A stretch of DNA of 64,000 nucleotides from Balanoglossus misakiensis (Eukaryota > Animalia > Hemichordata). The stretch is taken from NCBI GenBank assembly GCA_040954595.2, contig CM082578.2, positions 5,937,519 through 6,001,518 of the forward strand, in the 5' to 3' direction. Numbering within the stretch: position 1 is the first letter of the stretch; every line of letters starts with the position of its first letter. The position numbers were made by a program, and so were the translations under genes. Shown in pieces: positions 40,955 to 56,275 of this stretch. Below the pieces are notes generated by a model. The model searched no databases and was not told the DNA's origin. It saw only the letters and a list, made by a program, of their open reading frames with translations.

Positions 40955-43662
40955 CAGAAATCGACAAGGCCATCACTGCTGAGATGATAAAAACGCTGGC
41001 ATAGCAGTCAGACCATCACTGGGAATTTCACAACCACAACAACAACAAAATGTGGCTAATGGGACCATTACCGCAGATGCCGAAGACTTCAAAATCTTGG
41101 CTCCATCAGTTCCTGATAGAACGGTGACCCTACATAAAGACCCCCACATGCAAACAACGCAAAACACGTCTGTGTCTCTTCTTCAGTCGGAGCACTCGCA
41201 CAGAAAAAGACTTTTGAAAGAAGAACAGGTTGAGGAGCAGAGAAAACACAATCAAAATACAATAATCTAATGTCACAGTATTTCGTACACCCAGTTTTAT
41301 TTCATTGTACGGGTTTATTTGAATGATGTATAACAGTCAGTAAAGGTGAAAGAAACCAAGGTGATGTTCGGAGATGCAGGAAGTGAAAACAAATGTGTAC
41401 AACTCAAAAACCACAGCAGGAAAGAAAGCGCAGGTACATGTAGTATAAATTGACAACTAATTATCTGGTGGGAGGTTATGTGAACTGTGCATCTTATAGT
41501 TGTTTCTAATGTAATTCTAATGAATGTGTGTGTGTGTGATACTGCTTTAATAAAATAAATTTGGCTCAATACATATCCATCAGAGTCATCTCACACATGA
41601 AATTGCTAGCAAGACCGTGAACGGCTGGATCCCCAGGGTTGTAACTTGTATTCTGTGTTACTGTACTGCCAGTTGATACTGCTTGAGATAATGTGTGCAG
41701 CATCTGAAATTGGTGGCAAATCCGTGAGCAGCTTGGTACATCGAACAAAAATACTGAAAACAGAGCTGAACGTTATAGATAGAGACTAGCGCCCTCAACG
41801 ACCAACTTAAATATTTGTTTGGAATTCTTTTGACTGTCATTGAACTCATTGTAAAGTTGACATGTCTATGGAACAATATTGGTTGTCTTTGCAAATACTA
41901 GTGAAGTACAGTACTCGTGTCGTACCACAGATGTTTTGAATAAAACAATCTATTTTGTGAGATACCAACATTAGTCACTGGGGCTGACGTATGAGGAACA
42001 TAATCCTGCAGTAATGCACAATTTATTATTTTATCTTTGAGGCATCACTCGAAATTTACATTTTCTTTGGGAAATTAGAGTGAAATTTCTTCACTTCTCC
42101 ATCTTTCTGTATCTCAATGTTTTGTTGACTGCTTTTACTAGAACAACTGGTTAGTAATGGTACTGCAAAGCAACCCTCAAGTTCCCTCCCTCCCTCCTTC
42201 TCCCCAAACATACTATATCGCCACGTTCGCTTTTACTTTAAATAATTGCATACGGCAATATATCTATACCAATTCTGGTTTGAATACCTGGTAAGGTGGT
42301 TCCAATGGCAAGTTTAATATGGGAGACATATTAGAGAACACTAGCGATTGTTTTCTTTTGCTGGCAGCTTAAAAACCCAAGGTTTGGCTCTCGTCGAGCC
42401 GGGTTTTTCGCTGCGATGCAGTCTCCGAATATATTCTGTGAGGTGATCAAAATGGCCTACGGAGTCCTTGGCAACATTACCTGTCTTCAATGTAATTGTT
42501 TCATTTTATCGTTAAAAAGCGGAATATTATAACTGGGTAACTGGCTTGTACTTCATAATCTTTCAGGAATCCAACGCAAAGCGATCTCCATAATGTTCTC
42601 TGGTATAACTGCGACTTTTAGCTGCTTTGATCGCCGTTGTATCTTGATTCCGACAGCGTTCCAACGTATCTTTTTATTTTTTGGCAAGCGCCCTCACGCG
42701 CCTTATTCACGTGCCGTCGACGTCCCCTTCTTCGCTTATTCTCTGGACGCCTTTTAAAATACAATGTCTGTCAACGGCTTTTCTGATCAAATTAATGCAC
42801 TCTAGCAGGGAACGTCTTCAGCGGGAAAGTTAATTACGAGCAGTGAGCCGTTTTTAAGCCAATGTATCGGAATTGTAACGTTTCAGCGTGTGCATATAAG
42901 CTTATCATGGCGTACACCAGCCTGACAAAGTCAGTTGGAAAATACCTGCTCGTTCAGCTCTCAGTCAAAACTGACGAAGCCCGCGGCAACCCATTTTTCA
43001 GACCTATATTTTGTTTTTGATCGGAATTAACACACGCATTTTCGTGGATACCGGCAAATGAACATTAAATGAGAATCCAGAACTTTCATGAAGTAACTAA
43101 AGGTTCTAAGAGAAACAGAAGTGTACATATATAAAACTCGTCTGCGATATTGCGGTATGTGCCCCAGTGTCACTTAAATATTCAACGACATACGACCCAT
43201 GGCTGGCGCTCCTAGCAAGAATCTTGGTGTATGTGCCTTTTACCTTCGAGCAACACACTCTTTAATTCCATTACAAATTTACAGAACATGCACAGGTAAA
43301 TTTCTGAAATGCACTTTCCTGGGTGATTCAAGAAACCACAGAAGAAACGTACTACATGTATGTAGTTCCTACCAAACAACATATTGGTCGTCTTCCTCGA
43401 TCTATGAAGACGACGTACGCTTCTATGAAGTCAACAAGATCGGATTACGAAATGAGTGCCACGGCGTCTGTGTAACCGGGCGCGGCAAAGCCGTCTTTCT
43501 ATACTGCATGGGCTCGATCAACCCACGCACTTTTTATGCCAGTGTTTCTTCGATCATATTAGCTTTATGCGTACATAGGCGAGACGTTGGGTTTCGAAAG
43601 ATGAAGACAGCGTTGTTCTCTACGCCTCATTCAACCGTTGAAGCCGCCAATGTGTGCGATGG

Positions 43663-43732
43663 GTTTGTTTTTGTTTTGCTTTGCGTTGTGTTGCGTTGTG
43701 TTGTGTTGTGTTCGTTCGTTCGTTCGTTTGTT

Positions 43733-43799
<67 letters not shown>

Positions 43800-43831
43800 T
43801 TGTTTTTGTTTTGTTTGTTTTTTTGTTTGTT
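43663..43831. repeat. Compound microsatellite (GTTGT/GTTC/GTTT/GTCT)n
   Basis: Read directly. Confidence 0.95.
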
Positions 43832-45614
43832 ACGACTTATGTGAAACCATACGTCATCGGATTGTCTGTCGACATACTCCTGCGAGCTGAGTCACAGAAG
43901 TGACAGTGCAGGGTAATGGAGTAATCATGACAACACGAATAATTGTGTTTATTTAAAAAACACGACTTCAGCACTTTTTCACTTGTTGATGACACAGATG
44001 ACCAGATGTTTCAATTTAACAGAGCAACAATATAATTTCAAACCATAAGGTCACACTTGTTCGGTCTGAAAGCTTCATATCAGTTGCGTGTGAAAGCTTG
44101 TCATTTTTGTATTGAGGAAGAGCTGTGACATCATTACAAAAACAGTGCGTTCTTTCGCCGTGAACGAATGTGTGAAAAGTCAGTTATTTGTGTGTATTTA
44201 TCAGTCCATGTGTCCGTGTGTCTAGCGGTGATCGGGAAGACGTTCTTCAGAATAGCAAAGACGTCGCGGAATTTCCTTCACGGGAGATGTCAGTTATGCT
44301 GCGTTTGTAGAAGACCCGCGCGGCCGGCCGGCGAGTTCGACGCGCCGATACAGTGTATGCATAGGCACCGACAGTTGGATACACATTACATATACAAGAA
44401 TGTCACCATATTGTGTTGTATGGTAGAGAAAAAAATGGAGAACAGTCCCGTGAGCGCATGAGCAACCCTAATAATCTACATATTCCTGGAACGCTGCTGC
44501 GTTCATTTTCTTATTATTTACACAAGGTCACGTGACCAATGATTTACAGACCCTGTCAAAATCGGCCTTACCATGCACAAAAAGACTACACTGGCTCTTT
44601 GCCTGAAATATAGTGTATGCGATATCAAGTCATTGGTAAAATCTTCACAAGAGTATCTCTGAATCTTTCTTCGAGACCTCGTTCAGTTTCGTGTTGCGAG
44701 ATTTATTTTCAGTTAAACTACATCAAAAATATCTAGAAGTTGATTATACAAAAATGAAAAAATACTCAGACATTAAAAAGGTTGTAGTAGTCTATGCATG
44801 ACAAAACAGTCGCCATACACTGTAAATGAAATGGTGGGCATGTGCCTTTAAACTTTAACATGGTGGTGTACGTATACGCTGCCCTTCGGTGACGCTCCCA
44901 AGTAAGGACAATGTCAACATAGAGCGGCGAAACTACAGACGTCGATTTAAGCGGGGTACTGTGGCTATTGGCTAGGAAAAAACAATTATCAGTGCCCGAA
45001 CCAAACGTTAAACTGCATATAGATTAGGGCGAACTTGACGTTGAGGCCACCAAGCAGAAAATAAGAAAAATACTGAAAACAACTCATCTCGACGGCTACT
45101 AAGATTGTCCAGTTGAGTTAGGTTTTAAATTGGCTAAATGAGAAGGACAAGGCGTTTGAGTAGGCAGCTAAGGGGCTGTGGGAAAGTCTAAGCGGAACCA
45201 CGAAATTACCAAAGCGTAGTGCGGATCTTTTCGTGAAAATGGCGTGCGTGTGGTTTTGTGTTCGACTCAGACCAACTGTGACCAAAATATGCGGTCCTCA
45301 GATGCGGTCCTCAGCCATGGACGTCTGCGGCTTTGTCAAGCAAAAAAATGAATTGTCATCCTTGCAAATTAATACATTAAGTGAAATACCGTTGCATTTT
45401 TAATGTCTCCATTTTAATATCCCCGCTGATGAAGAATATTCAGTGGCCCATAAAGAACGACACGAAACATATGAGGGGTGACCGCCCTGGTGATATATAT
45501 GGCCTTCATTGAACAATTCAATCAAATTTGTGTTTTCAAAATGAGCGATTTTTCAAGTAGATTTTGTGGATGTCAATTCGGGTTTACATTAGATGAAAGT
45601 CCCACGAATGGATA

Positions 45615-45672
<58 letters not shown>

Positions 45673-45692
45673 GGTGTTGTTGTTCTTTTAGA

Positions 45693-45771
<79 letters not shown>
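45615..45771. repeat. (GAT)n and (GTT)n microsatellites
   Basis: Read directly. Confidence 0.97.
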
Positions 45772-46674
45772 AAAAATCAGAAGTAAGCATGTGGGTTAAC
45801 GTCGATAGTTGCGACAAAAACGATTGAGTTGAGACAAGGTTTTGTTGACAGTATATATACAGTTTCGGAGTATTATAAAACAATAATTGGTCATGTTAGA
45901 TTACAGTTATTATTTTCTTAAACTCTTCCTTTAAAGGCACAAAATAAACAGTTAACTGTACTACACAAACATAAAATTTAATCAAAAAAAGTTTCCATTA
46001 ATACGTAGCCCTTTGTATATTAAAAAAGTATTTCCCAAGAAATATACACTTCAAATATGATGTCATGAATTCTATTAAGCTACGTAACTGTCCATTTTAA
46101 TGTATGCTGTGTATTTTAACATCAGAAAGCACCGGTGCATTCTGTCAATTTTTTGATGTTTTAACTTTGGTAATATCATGCAACTGTCGATCTTATGAAA
46201 TCATTTTCAACTTTAAAAATTCGAAGGAATAGTTAGTGGCCTATCTGGGCGAACGTGTTTTTAGTCCACTTTAGAACAATTTAATCAAACTTCAATCTTG
46301 TCAACAAGGAGCTGAAAATGACAGTATGTCTCCGGGAGAACCTCGGCGAGGTTTTCAGATCAGCGACCATGCCACTTGGCCAAAGAAATTGTCAAGTGCC
46401 ACGATGAACCGTAACTTTTCACGTTTACTATTTGTTCAGGAGAATACATTGTCTCTACACTCTGACCTGATCGACATCATCTAATATGCAAGACATATTA
46501 GAGAAAGGAACATGGCCCCTCCACAAATGGAGGGGCACTATTCATATTTCATACTTAAGCAAGGAATGCATTAAAATATTGAAGAGCAGGCAGAGCATGC
46601 AGAAACGGGGAATATGTTTTTTCCTGCCTCATGCCTCTGTCAGAGCACTGATTACCCATGGCTCCGTTGTCCGG

Positions 46675-46675
46675 C

Positions 46676-46774
<99 letters not shown>

Positions 46775-46899
46775 TATTTCTTTCTTTCTTTCTTTATTCA
46801 TTCATTCATTCATTCATTCATTCATTCATTCATTCATTCATTCATTCATTCATTCGTTCGTTCATTCATTCATTCATTCGTTCGTTCGTTCTTTCATTC
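46675..46899. repeat. Compound microsatellite (CTGT)n(TTTC)n(ATTC)n(GTTC)n
   Basis: Read directly. Confidence 0.97.
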
Positions 46900-49156
46900 C
46901 GACGGACACATTCTGGAATAGAAGAATGAATAGTAAAAGCAAACAGCTACCGAACCTGTAATGTTCTTATTAGCCTCGACGTTTTGCGTCCTATAAGATT
47001 TGAATAAAGCATATTAAAGTTTGTTTGCTAAGTTATTTACTTATTTATTTATGTATGTATTTATTTATATATATATATTTATTTATTTATTTCTAAGTAT
47101 GTATCTGCCAATGTATCTCTTGTCATTCTGTCTGTGTTTCTGTCTGCAATTCTCTTTGTATTATTGTTGGTTTGTTTGTTTATCGGTTTGCTTGGTTGCT
47201 TGCATGACTAAAAGACGTAAGGTTGTTCATTCATCCGCACGTGGGCTTGCTTGTAACATATGAGAAAAAAAGCGTTTTAGTTCTATTTACCTCTCTCGTT
47301 GATTTGCTTTAATGTTAGAGATTTGAAGCCATTGCGATAATCCTGACGAGACTTTACTTTTAGGGTTAGGGTTTTCTGTGTGAACATAACACCCTCATTA
47401 CATGGGTTCAACGGGCGGTGTTTTCGAAGAAGAGGCTGCAGCTTGTAGGATATTGAACCGACTTCCTAATGTCACTTGTATTTGACTTAGTACATGTGTA
47501 AAGTTTCCATACAAAGCGTATCCAACATGATTGAAGTTGCAAACCACTTTACTTTGCACGATTTGACCTCTTTTAACTTCACAATTATTAACTGATTACT
47601 TTATCATAAATATCGCCTATGGCGGTCAGAAGACAAAATACTAGTGTTCCTTCGTCAGGCGAGGAAACCGTCCTGTCTCTGTGAGTTACTATTATGTGAA
47701 TATTTTACCCTAAAGTAGGTCCAGCGTCTATAAAATCACTGCAAGAACGCGCATTCTACAAACTTGGAAGGCGACCCGAAACGGATCGTGTAGCTCGATC
47801 AGAACGTCTTTTTTGGAAGGCGCGTATGCGTGTATTGTAGGGAAATATGTCATTGAGAGTTTGTACTATGGTTTGACTCATCTCCACTTTTTGGGGGCCT
47901 CGGGAGATCTGACAGACACACGTTCATGTCTGTATTGGAGCGTGAATACTAATCGGCTGTCGACTGAAATATGCACGTTTTCATTCACTGTGAAAACGAG
48001 AACGAAGTGTATAACGGAAATTTGTTGGCCTGTAAACGTTTAACCGGATAGCTTTAACAAACAGTTTGTATGTCCCCATAAGGGAGCTGAAGTAAGTTGG
48101 CAAGCACTCCCAATCGGGGAGGTTCGAAGACCACGTGCGTCCCTAAGTGTCGGCCCAGCCAGTTTGCATTAGACCACAGCCCCTATAGAGAGACTGTGAT
48201 CAGACGGATTACGCGCCGACAAAGAACTCGAGGAAACTCTTCTTTGCCCCCCCCCCCCCCACCTCTTTCTTCACTAGAGTGCAAATCACTATGGCAACGT
48301 AGAAAGTAGTACTCGAAGAAGACTTGGTCTCTATCTTAGCACGATTTCGCTCTTCATGCCATTTAACCCTCTTAAAACAGACTGAATCATTTGCGGAATC
48401 ATAGCCTGTTGAACTGAAATCTAATTTCTGAACCGTTGAATTTATAGGGACACGATAGACCATTCTGGTGCAATGATAGACTCAAAGCGGTATCTCCTGT
48501 CGAGCTTTGAAAGTACTGGGTATTAATCAAATAAAAATGAGACTCAAATATTTTATGTGCTTTAGATTCATCAGCGACTAGTGGATCACTGGGATCGAAA
48601 AAAAAATAGACAACTGTCTTTGGGGATAACAATCTCCCGGCATACTACCAGGTTATCTGACGGGCGAGATGATGAACCAGGCATTCGACAAGTGGTTGAT
48701 GACGTATACGCCAGCATGCACGATGTTCACGCATGCGCATTTCGCAGGCGCAGCGGAAGGCATTGTGGCGTCGTGACGCTAACGGCTATATGTATACAAG
48801 ACCTATGTGATGTCTTTCGACTTTCTTTTACATAACATTGTTGTGCGAGTCGTAGTTTCGACCGAGATAAAAATGGATTCTAAATGAGATTACGATTTTT
48901 GCTTCTGGACATCGCGGGAGCGATGCGATTCTTTGTGGGAGCAGAGTTCTCCGACTGCCTCCCTGCGGTGTACTTCGAGTTTCACCCCGGAGCAATCCTT
49001 GCCCAATTATCTCTCTGTCTTTGGGGCATTTCCTAAAAGGCGAAGACCCGTCTCTCTCTCTCTCTTTATTCCCGGATCTAGAACTTCTAAAGTGTCGTTT
49101 TTTTGCTGGTCTGTGACTATTAACCGGGCGCTCCGAGTGCGTGTCCTTCTTTTTCT

Positions 49157-49226
<70 letters not shown>
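49157..49226. repeat. (TTG)n microsatellite
   Basis: Read directly. It is the source of the spurious polyQ/T/C/V ORFs. Confidence 0.97.
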
Positions 49227-52200
49227 GATTGCATTTTTACGCAAGCTAACGTCGCAGATAAGGAGGTCTGGGAGGTTTGAATCCCCGATTAGTTACTTGA
49301 AATTACCTAACAAGAAATTAATTGATTGATTTTAAAACTTAAAATACCAACGAAGAGCCAAAGACAAAGTCAAAGCGATACTGAACCGTTCTCACATTTG
49401 CTGATGGCAGAACTCGAACTTTTGACATTAATGTTGTTACTTTGTTTCACCTTGGTTTGTGCATTATGGGTACATGCCCTGAAATAAAGAATTAATAATA
49501 ACATAATAAAAAGTTCTGCATTCTGTTTTCGAGGCTCAGTCCATACTTCGCAAAACATGGCAATACACACGTCATGGACTCTGTTATTGACCACAAAAGG
49601 TTCCATTTATTGTTATTTCAATTACATTTCTACATGACTTATTGCAAAATAAAACGCAAATAGTTTACCACACAAACTGAAATATCCCAAATAATCTCAA
49701 AAAGATAGGATTTCATCCATTTAGTGCAGAAACTCAGATGAACCGTGGCGTGCTTGAGTATATCAGTCATCTGTCGGTGCGGCTACAGAGTCTGGCTTTT
49801 TCATGTTGCATTTATTCGGCGGGATCCAACCTTAACGCAGACTGTAATAAAATAAAAGTGACTCCTCAAGTCTTACATGGTACCATCGATGTAGGATCTG
49901 ATGGCATTGGGAACGCAAGACACGGGGAGAATGGATTCAACCACCTATCCATTTAAAACTGTATTCGCTTTTCAGAAATTCATGAAGAATTCCATGATTG
50001 GATCTGGCGAACCCCCTTTTTATTACGACAGTCGCAGTGCACTACAGTACATGTACTCTGCGCTACTTACCAACAGTCTGTACACAATTTAATCCACGGC
50101 TGAAAGACGAGTAAAAGCACCTGACCCCTTGACTACCATAGGAACAACTCTCTTCACATTAGTGATCGTTGCTGATCTACCGCCTTAAGATTACCATTTC
50201 TAAAAGAATACAATTTCTTAAAGCTTGACGGTCTAGCATTATGTATTTTTCAAAGCCTTCCACGGCGCTTCAGGGAAAATTCGCATATCCGCCGACTTAG
50301 TTGAGAGTAACAAAAGGAACCCTCTTTTGAATTTTCCTAAGAAGTCGATGGGTATTTGACAAAGGTCAAAATTGCCGTAATTTGGGGGTAATTTCGAGGA
50401 AACTGGTCGGAAAGGCGGAAGATGGCGGTCCCTCGCTTTTTTTTCACACCTGTGCGAAAAGAACAACAGGACTGCGTAATGGGTGATGATGTATTTTACA
50501 AGGCGGCCTACCGATATATATTAAAATCATTATTTCTCAATTAGCCCCAATGTTTGCCGCTAAACAAAGGAATCAGCGCTGGAGGGGAGAGGACGTAATT
50601 GCGGTAAGGTTCACAGCGTTTCCGCCCTCGCCAAAAGAGGAGCCATTTTGCCGTTCAAAATTGAAGATTTTTTGAGTGATGACATGATGTCAGCGCTATT
50701 AAGTCGAAGTCAACTGTGCGGCCGCTCTTCTAACAACTCGGCCCATTGTGCACGCAGGGAGCGCCGTTTGTGCGCAGCCCGAGTGAACCGCCGCTGTCGA
50801 GACGGCCTCCGTCGAATGGAACCGGCAATTTTCTCCCGAGAAACACCGTTATTAATGCGACGTGGAAATGTCGGCTTCGAAAAGCGAAGACATCCCCCGT
50901 TATTTGTTGTCGTCGTACGCATCCCAACATGCACCAGGCGCTGTTGATTATATACATCACGCACAGTGTCGATTTTGCACGCATCACCACGGCTCCTTCG
51001 AATAGTACGATTTGTGAAAAATCTTGTCCATGGAGTCAGGTCTTTTGCCGACATACAAGTATTCTTCGTCCTGAACGACAAAGACGCTCGCGTTTGTCAC
51101 TGTCTTGGTTATTTTACTCTCTTTTGGTGGGTTCTTTACTAGTATGCTGTTCTGCTCACTGAAATATGGCGAAACACGGGTTGTTACAATTCAACTACCA
51201 TCCTACGTGGGTTAAGCCAATGAACACTACTTCGGTGCAATTTAGGGGATGATAATAGTCACCATGTGTCTTTATCTTTTACATGATATGAATTGAGCCG
51301 TGATAACCAGTTATTAGGCATATTTAAGAGAGCATGCAAAGCAACATGATAAAATAGTATATTCTGATAAAATTCAAACAAAAAGAATAGTGTCAAAAGG
51401 GACCGACTCTGGCCCTTTAACCATTTATAATTGCCTGGAACTGCTAAATTGTGTCGACGTTTTTCAAGACATTTTGACACGCCCATCTTATGACTTACGT
51501 TACCTTCTCCCATATACATGTATGTCATATTTTTCTGGTACTCATGAATGATGATGTTAAAAAAAATCTTATTTTTTATCATTTGCGTGCAACACCAATA
51601 ATCTTATTCACACCATACATCACACGTGAGGGATAAAATTCGAAACTTGCATATCCCCAGCACCCAGTCTGTCCCTTACCATTTATAGTCAACAGAGTGC
51701 ATGTAATTGGCTAAAGGCGAGTTCTCCATAAACCCACTCTTCAGAGAAGAATCGGGTGGAAATAGAAGGCCGAATGGAAAGGATTTTTGTCAGAAACAAA
51801 TACCGAAGGCCAAAGAAGTTGACAGTGATGAAAATTTAAAGAACACGGCAAGGCTCTTCTCATCAGTTGTTCTCCAAACTCTGGATGGGCTATCGGTCAA
51901 TATCGCACAGTACGCTCTCGGAACTTTTCTATAGATGTGTGACTCGTGTTAACAACATTTGGTCGCCTGATAAAATGCTTAATTTGACTAGGCCACTACT
52001 GCGTTAACTTTGCTCGTCGCACTCTCGCCAAGTTTTCACTCAAAAAAACATTCATCTTTGCAGCGAGTTGTGGCGCGCGATGAAAGCGACACGACTGGAA
52101 GTCAATTATACGATTCGGTACATAATGAAATTTACATAGACAATACCATTAACCATATGAGCATGTCGATTTCAATTTCATTAGCGGACTGTTGTTTACC

Positions 52201-55200
52201 TCCACACCGTGCAATAAATCACACTGCGCTAAGTGATCAGTTTCACTGATCACTTGAAATATTGTTTAATATCTCGTTGCGAGTTGGGAGTAAATGGCCT
52301 GATCATGTGTGACGCGCTGATGCCGTAACCAAACACCGCGCACGCATAACTTATACCAGAGCGCACCTTGCAACAGAACTGGCATATGTCGAATTTCTGG
52401 GTGGATTTTTTGTCTCGTTTTATATCTACTCCCGCCAACGATTTCTCGCGCGGCTTCTTGTGAATCTGTAACCGCGGCACTGTGACTACCGAAGTGAACG
52501 AAATGGTGATTATATCCTCATAAAATGCGGTGTTTATTGTGTCGTGCTGGCTGTACACGTATAAAATAATTAGGGGAAAACGTATCATCACTTGGCGCCA
52601 ACAAGTACAGGGAGGATGGAAATTTGTAATTACGGTCGGCGGCACACTATACGGCAGGCAAACAGGATAGCAGACGCGAAAAATGCGAGGAGTTGCGTGT
52701 CACGTGGCAACATGTGACGATTTGAAGAGCCGCCAAAAATCTACTCTAGTATCGCGACTCCAACGATTTTTGATCATTTGCGAGTTTCGCCGGGTTTCTC
52801 GAGACCACAGGCATTAAATATCCGTACGCTTTTCGACAGGTGTTCGAAAAAAAGTGACGGACCGCCTACAACGTCATTAGTCTGACGTCAAGACGTGTAT
52901 TTTGCGGCATCGCACACTGTCATTCGATTGTCTCAAGGGGCTAGCCAATGACGCAGAGCTTCGTGTACTTTTTCTTGGAAATTCCTTCCGTTTTAAAATT
53001 CAACATTATTTTTCCTACCGCCGTTATGTAATATACATAGTGCATGTCGTGAATAGAATTAGACGCAAGTCGGGAATGGTTTATTTTTGACAATAATTTG
53101 ACTTGTGTGCAGTAGTGTGGCGAAAGACAGTACAGCTAAAAATATAGAATGAAGTAATAAAACCCATTAATCGAAAATTGATGGCTGGAAAATTAAAAAC
53201 AAACACGTGCCTAACGATGGCGACACCTTTCCACGCTGCGTTAAAATGTGAAACCGAGTCTGTTTTCGGGGAATTACTCTTCTATTTGCGAGGACCCCTC
53301 CCCCACCCCAGCCCTTCCTCGCTGATTTTAACGCTATACTGTTCGACTCAGGTGGTCTGAAGTAATGTGTTTTCGAAATAGACCAGCGGACGTCACGAAT
53401 ATTCGTGGACTCTTTTTTTAATACAACAAACATCAACAGTGAAGTCTCCATGTATAAGTAGACCTATCCCCAGAGGAGACATGTTTCATGTATCCCGACA
53501 CCCATGCAATTTTGATGCATAATGCGCCAGCTAGACCTTCATTTAATTAATTTAATGTTCTCCAGGTTGTCGCTGTCAAACAGAAATGTGAGGCGGCTAG
53601 CTACGCGCCGTTCTTGGTCAAACACGATTTTAATTGACTTAAATGGGATATGTTATTTTGCCGATCTGCCGCGCTGTGCGGACCTGCCCATTAATAGCGT
53701 ATCAAGGAAAGTGGTTTCGTTAGCGAGAATATCGTCAGAGCCGCAGCGTTGGCACTACTGGAAAAACAAAAAACAAATTGGCGATCCACATAATTAAGTG
53801 TGAGTGTGACTTTTAAAAGTTTAACATGAGCCCAGTTTTAGCAGCTACATGTATAGAAGGAGATCGCGCCATTTGCTAATGTAGTACCAGAAAAATCATT
53901 ACTTTATAGAGTCTGGCGTATTCGTTATAAACATATTTACATAATTAATTAAAGTACCGAATCGGTAATATTTCAACAACTCCAAAAAAGAGACGATTGA
54001 TATGATTGCAAAGCACGTTGATTGCCATATGGATACTGAAAGCACTGGACCAAAATTAATACAATGCATTTTATACCGGCCATGCAGTGCAAACAGTGTC
54101 AACCATCTCAATGCACACCTCATCGTTTGCTTAATCAATTACAAACATTGCTTATCTCAGTTTGACTATCATATGTCTCAATGCGTAAATATTATTAAAT
54201 ATTATATGTTAGATTTACGATGACGTTTAAAATATGAACAAAAGTTTCTTTCCATTATAAAGGACATGGAATAAACCCCTAACCCCACCTTACTGATTTT
54301 TTTCTTTACATCTTACTTGGTAGATTATTATCAAAGTACATCTTTTATGTCACACCTGTAGGGTATATAAGATCACACACTGTCGGTTTCAATTTACCCT
54401 GGTAAGTTCATGACCGCCTTTGACAGTTTCAGACAAGTGGTCACCTACACACAGGGTCATGGTTTCCATATTAGGGACCCTGTCGCTCATTAAACGACGG
54501 CACCTACCGTGCAATATAGCCTATGAAATCACATGGACAAACATCTTTAGTCAGTGCGCTACAGCCACATTGTCGCTATTTTTCTTCGACTGACCGGTCA
54601 TTTTTAGAACCCAAGACAAAAAAAAAAAAAAAACATTTTTTAAAGAGCCTCCCTTATAGACACGGTTATCAAGTTGGAGTGCAGGGGCGTTTCCAGCGGA
54701 CGACGAGAGACAAGGAGAACAGTAACTTTATCACATTCAATACCGCGGATCATATTTCAAGTTTTGGTCTATTGTCAATGGCGCTGTTTTATTTCCTCAA
54801 TCAAAGGAGAGCTTTTTTATTAGTGTCGTCAACGTATGTTTTCACGGAAAAAACGCATTTGAAAGGGCTGCGTTCTTTATAGCTGAGTATGTACCGTTAT
54901 TTTGGTTCTGCTAAGTATTCAAACTACAGGACGAATTTCTCCATATCCTTTTATTAAGCAAGTGTCATTCGTCGAGTCTTACACGGCAGTCGAGTTTTCA
55001 GAACAGTGCAATGGCCACTTGAGAATGAAGTAAAACATACACGGTTGTCAGCCACAGCTGGTCAGACCGCATAATCGTTCCACCTGTTTCAATAGCATTA
55101 GATCAGTTCAGCTCAGGCTCAGCTCAGCTGCAAAGGTTATACAAGCCAGCCATCAATACAAAGGCCGAATCGAGCGCTCTGCTCATTAGATTGCTTGAAG

Positions 55201-55534
55201 ACAGCTTGTACTGTGCACGGTGTCCCGTTTTTTTCTCTTGTCTATGGTTTACAAGAAAATTAAGAAAAAACATTAAGGGATGCGGTACACAGCTCGCGCC
55301 AACCGTTGAGTTTACCCTGAATGCCATCGACCCTAGCTACCCACGCAAACTTCATAACTACAGCGGCAGCGATCTTTTCTTTTGCAATAACTGCAGCCGC
55401 GGATACATTTGGGTGACCTTTGTCAGCTAGAAACCCGATCGCTGAAGGAGCCGTGTGACATTTTTGACTCTACGTAGAACGCTAAAAGCAAAGGTCGAAT
55501 GCCACAAATTGAATCGAGTCAACGTGAATAAAAG

Positions 55535-55620
55535 TATGTATGCATGTATGCATGTATGCTGTATGCATGTAATGTATGTAATGTATGTAATGTATGTATG
55601 TATGTATGTATGTATGTATG

Positions 55621-55652
<32 letters not shown>

Positions 55653-55716
55653 TGTATGTATGTATGTGTATGTATGTATGTATGTATGTATGTATGTATG
55701 TATGTATGTATGTATG

Positions 55717-55748
<32 letters not shown>

Positions 55749-56132
55749 TGTATGTATGTATGTATGTATGTATGTATGTATGTATGTATGTATGTATGTA
55801 GGTATGTATGTGTATGTATGTATGTATGTATGTATGTATGTATGTATGTATGTATGTATGTATGTATGTATGTATGTATGTATGTATGTATGTATGTATG
55901 TATGTATGTATGTATGTATGTATGTATGTATGTATGTATGTATGTATGTATGTATGTATGTATGTATGTATGTATGTATGTATGTATGTATGTATGTAGG
56001 TATGTATGTGTATGTATGTATGTATGTATGTATGTATGTATGTATGTATGTATGTATGTATGTATGTATGTATGTATGTATGTATGTATGTATGTATGTA
56101 TGTATGTATGTATGTATGTATGTATGTTTGTA

Positions 56133-56202
<70 letters not shown>

Positions 56203-56216
56203 TGATGATGATGATG

Positions 56217-56275
<59 letters not shown>
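55535..56275. repeat. Long compound microsatellite (TATG)n(TG)n(CGTG)n(GAT)n
   Basis: Read directly. It is the source of the spurious MYVC ORFs. Confidence 0.98.

Noticed and set aside
45289-45314. 13-bp direct tandem duplication ATGCGGTCCTCAG x2
   Set aside because: An isolated micro-duplication. It is not an array, and nothing supports a CRISPR or excision footprint.
47360-47371. TTAGGGTTAGGG telomere-like motif
   Set aside because: Only two units, which is expected by chance.
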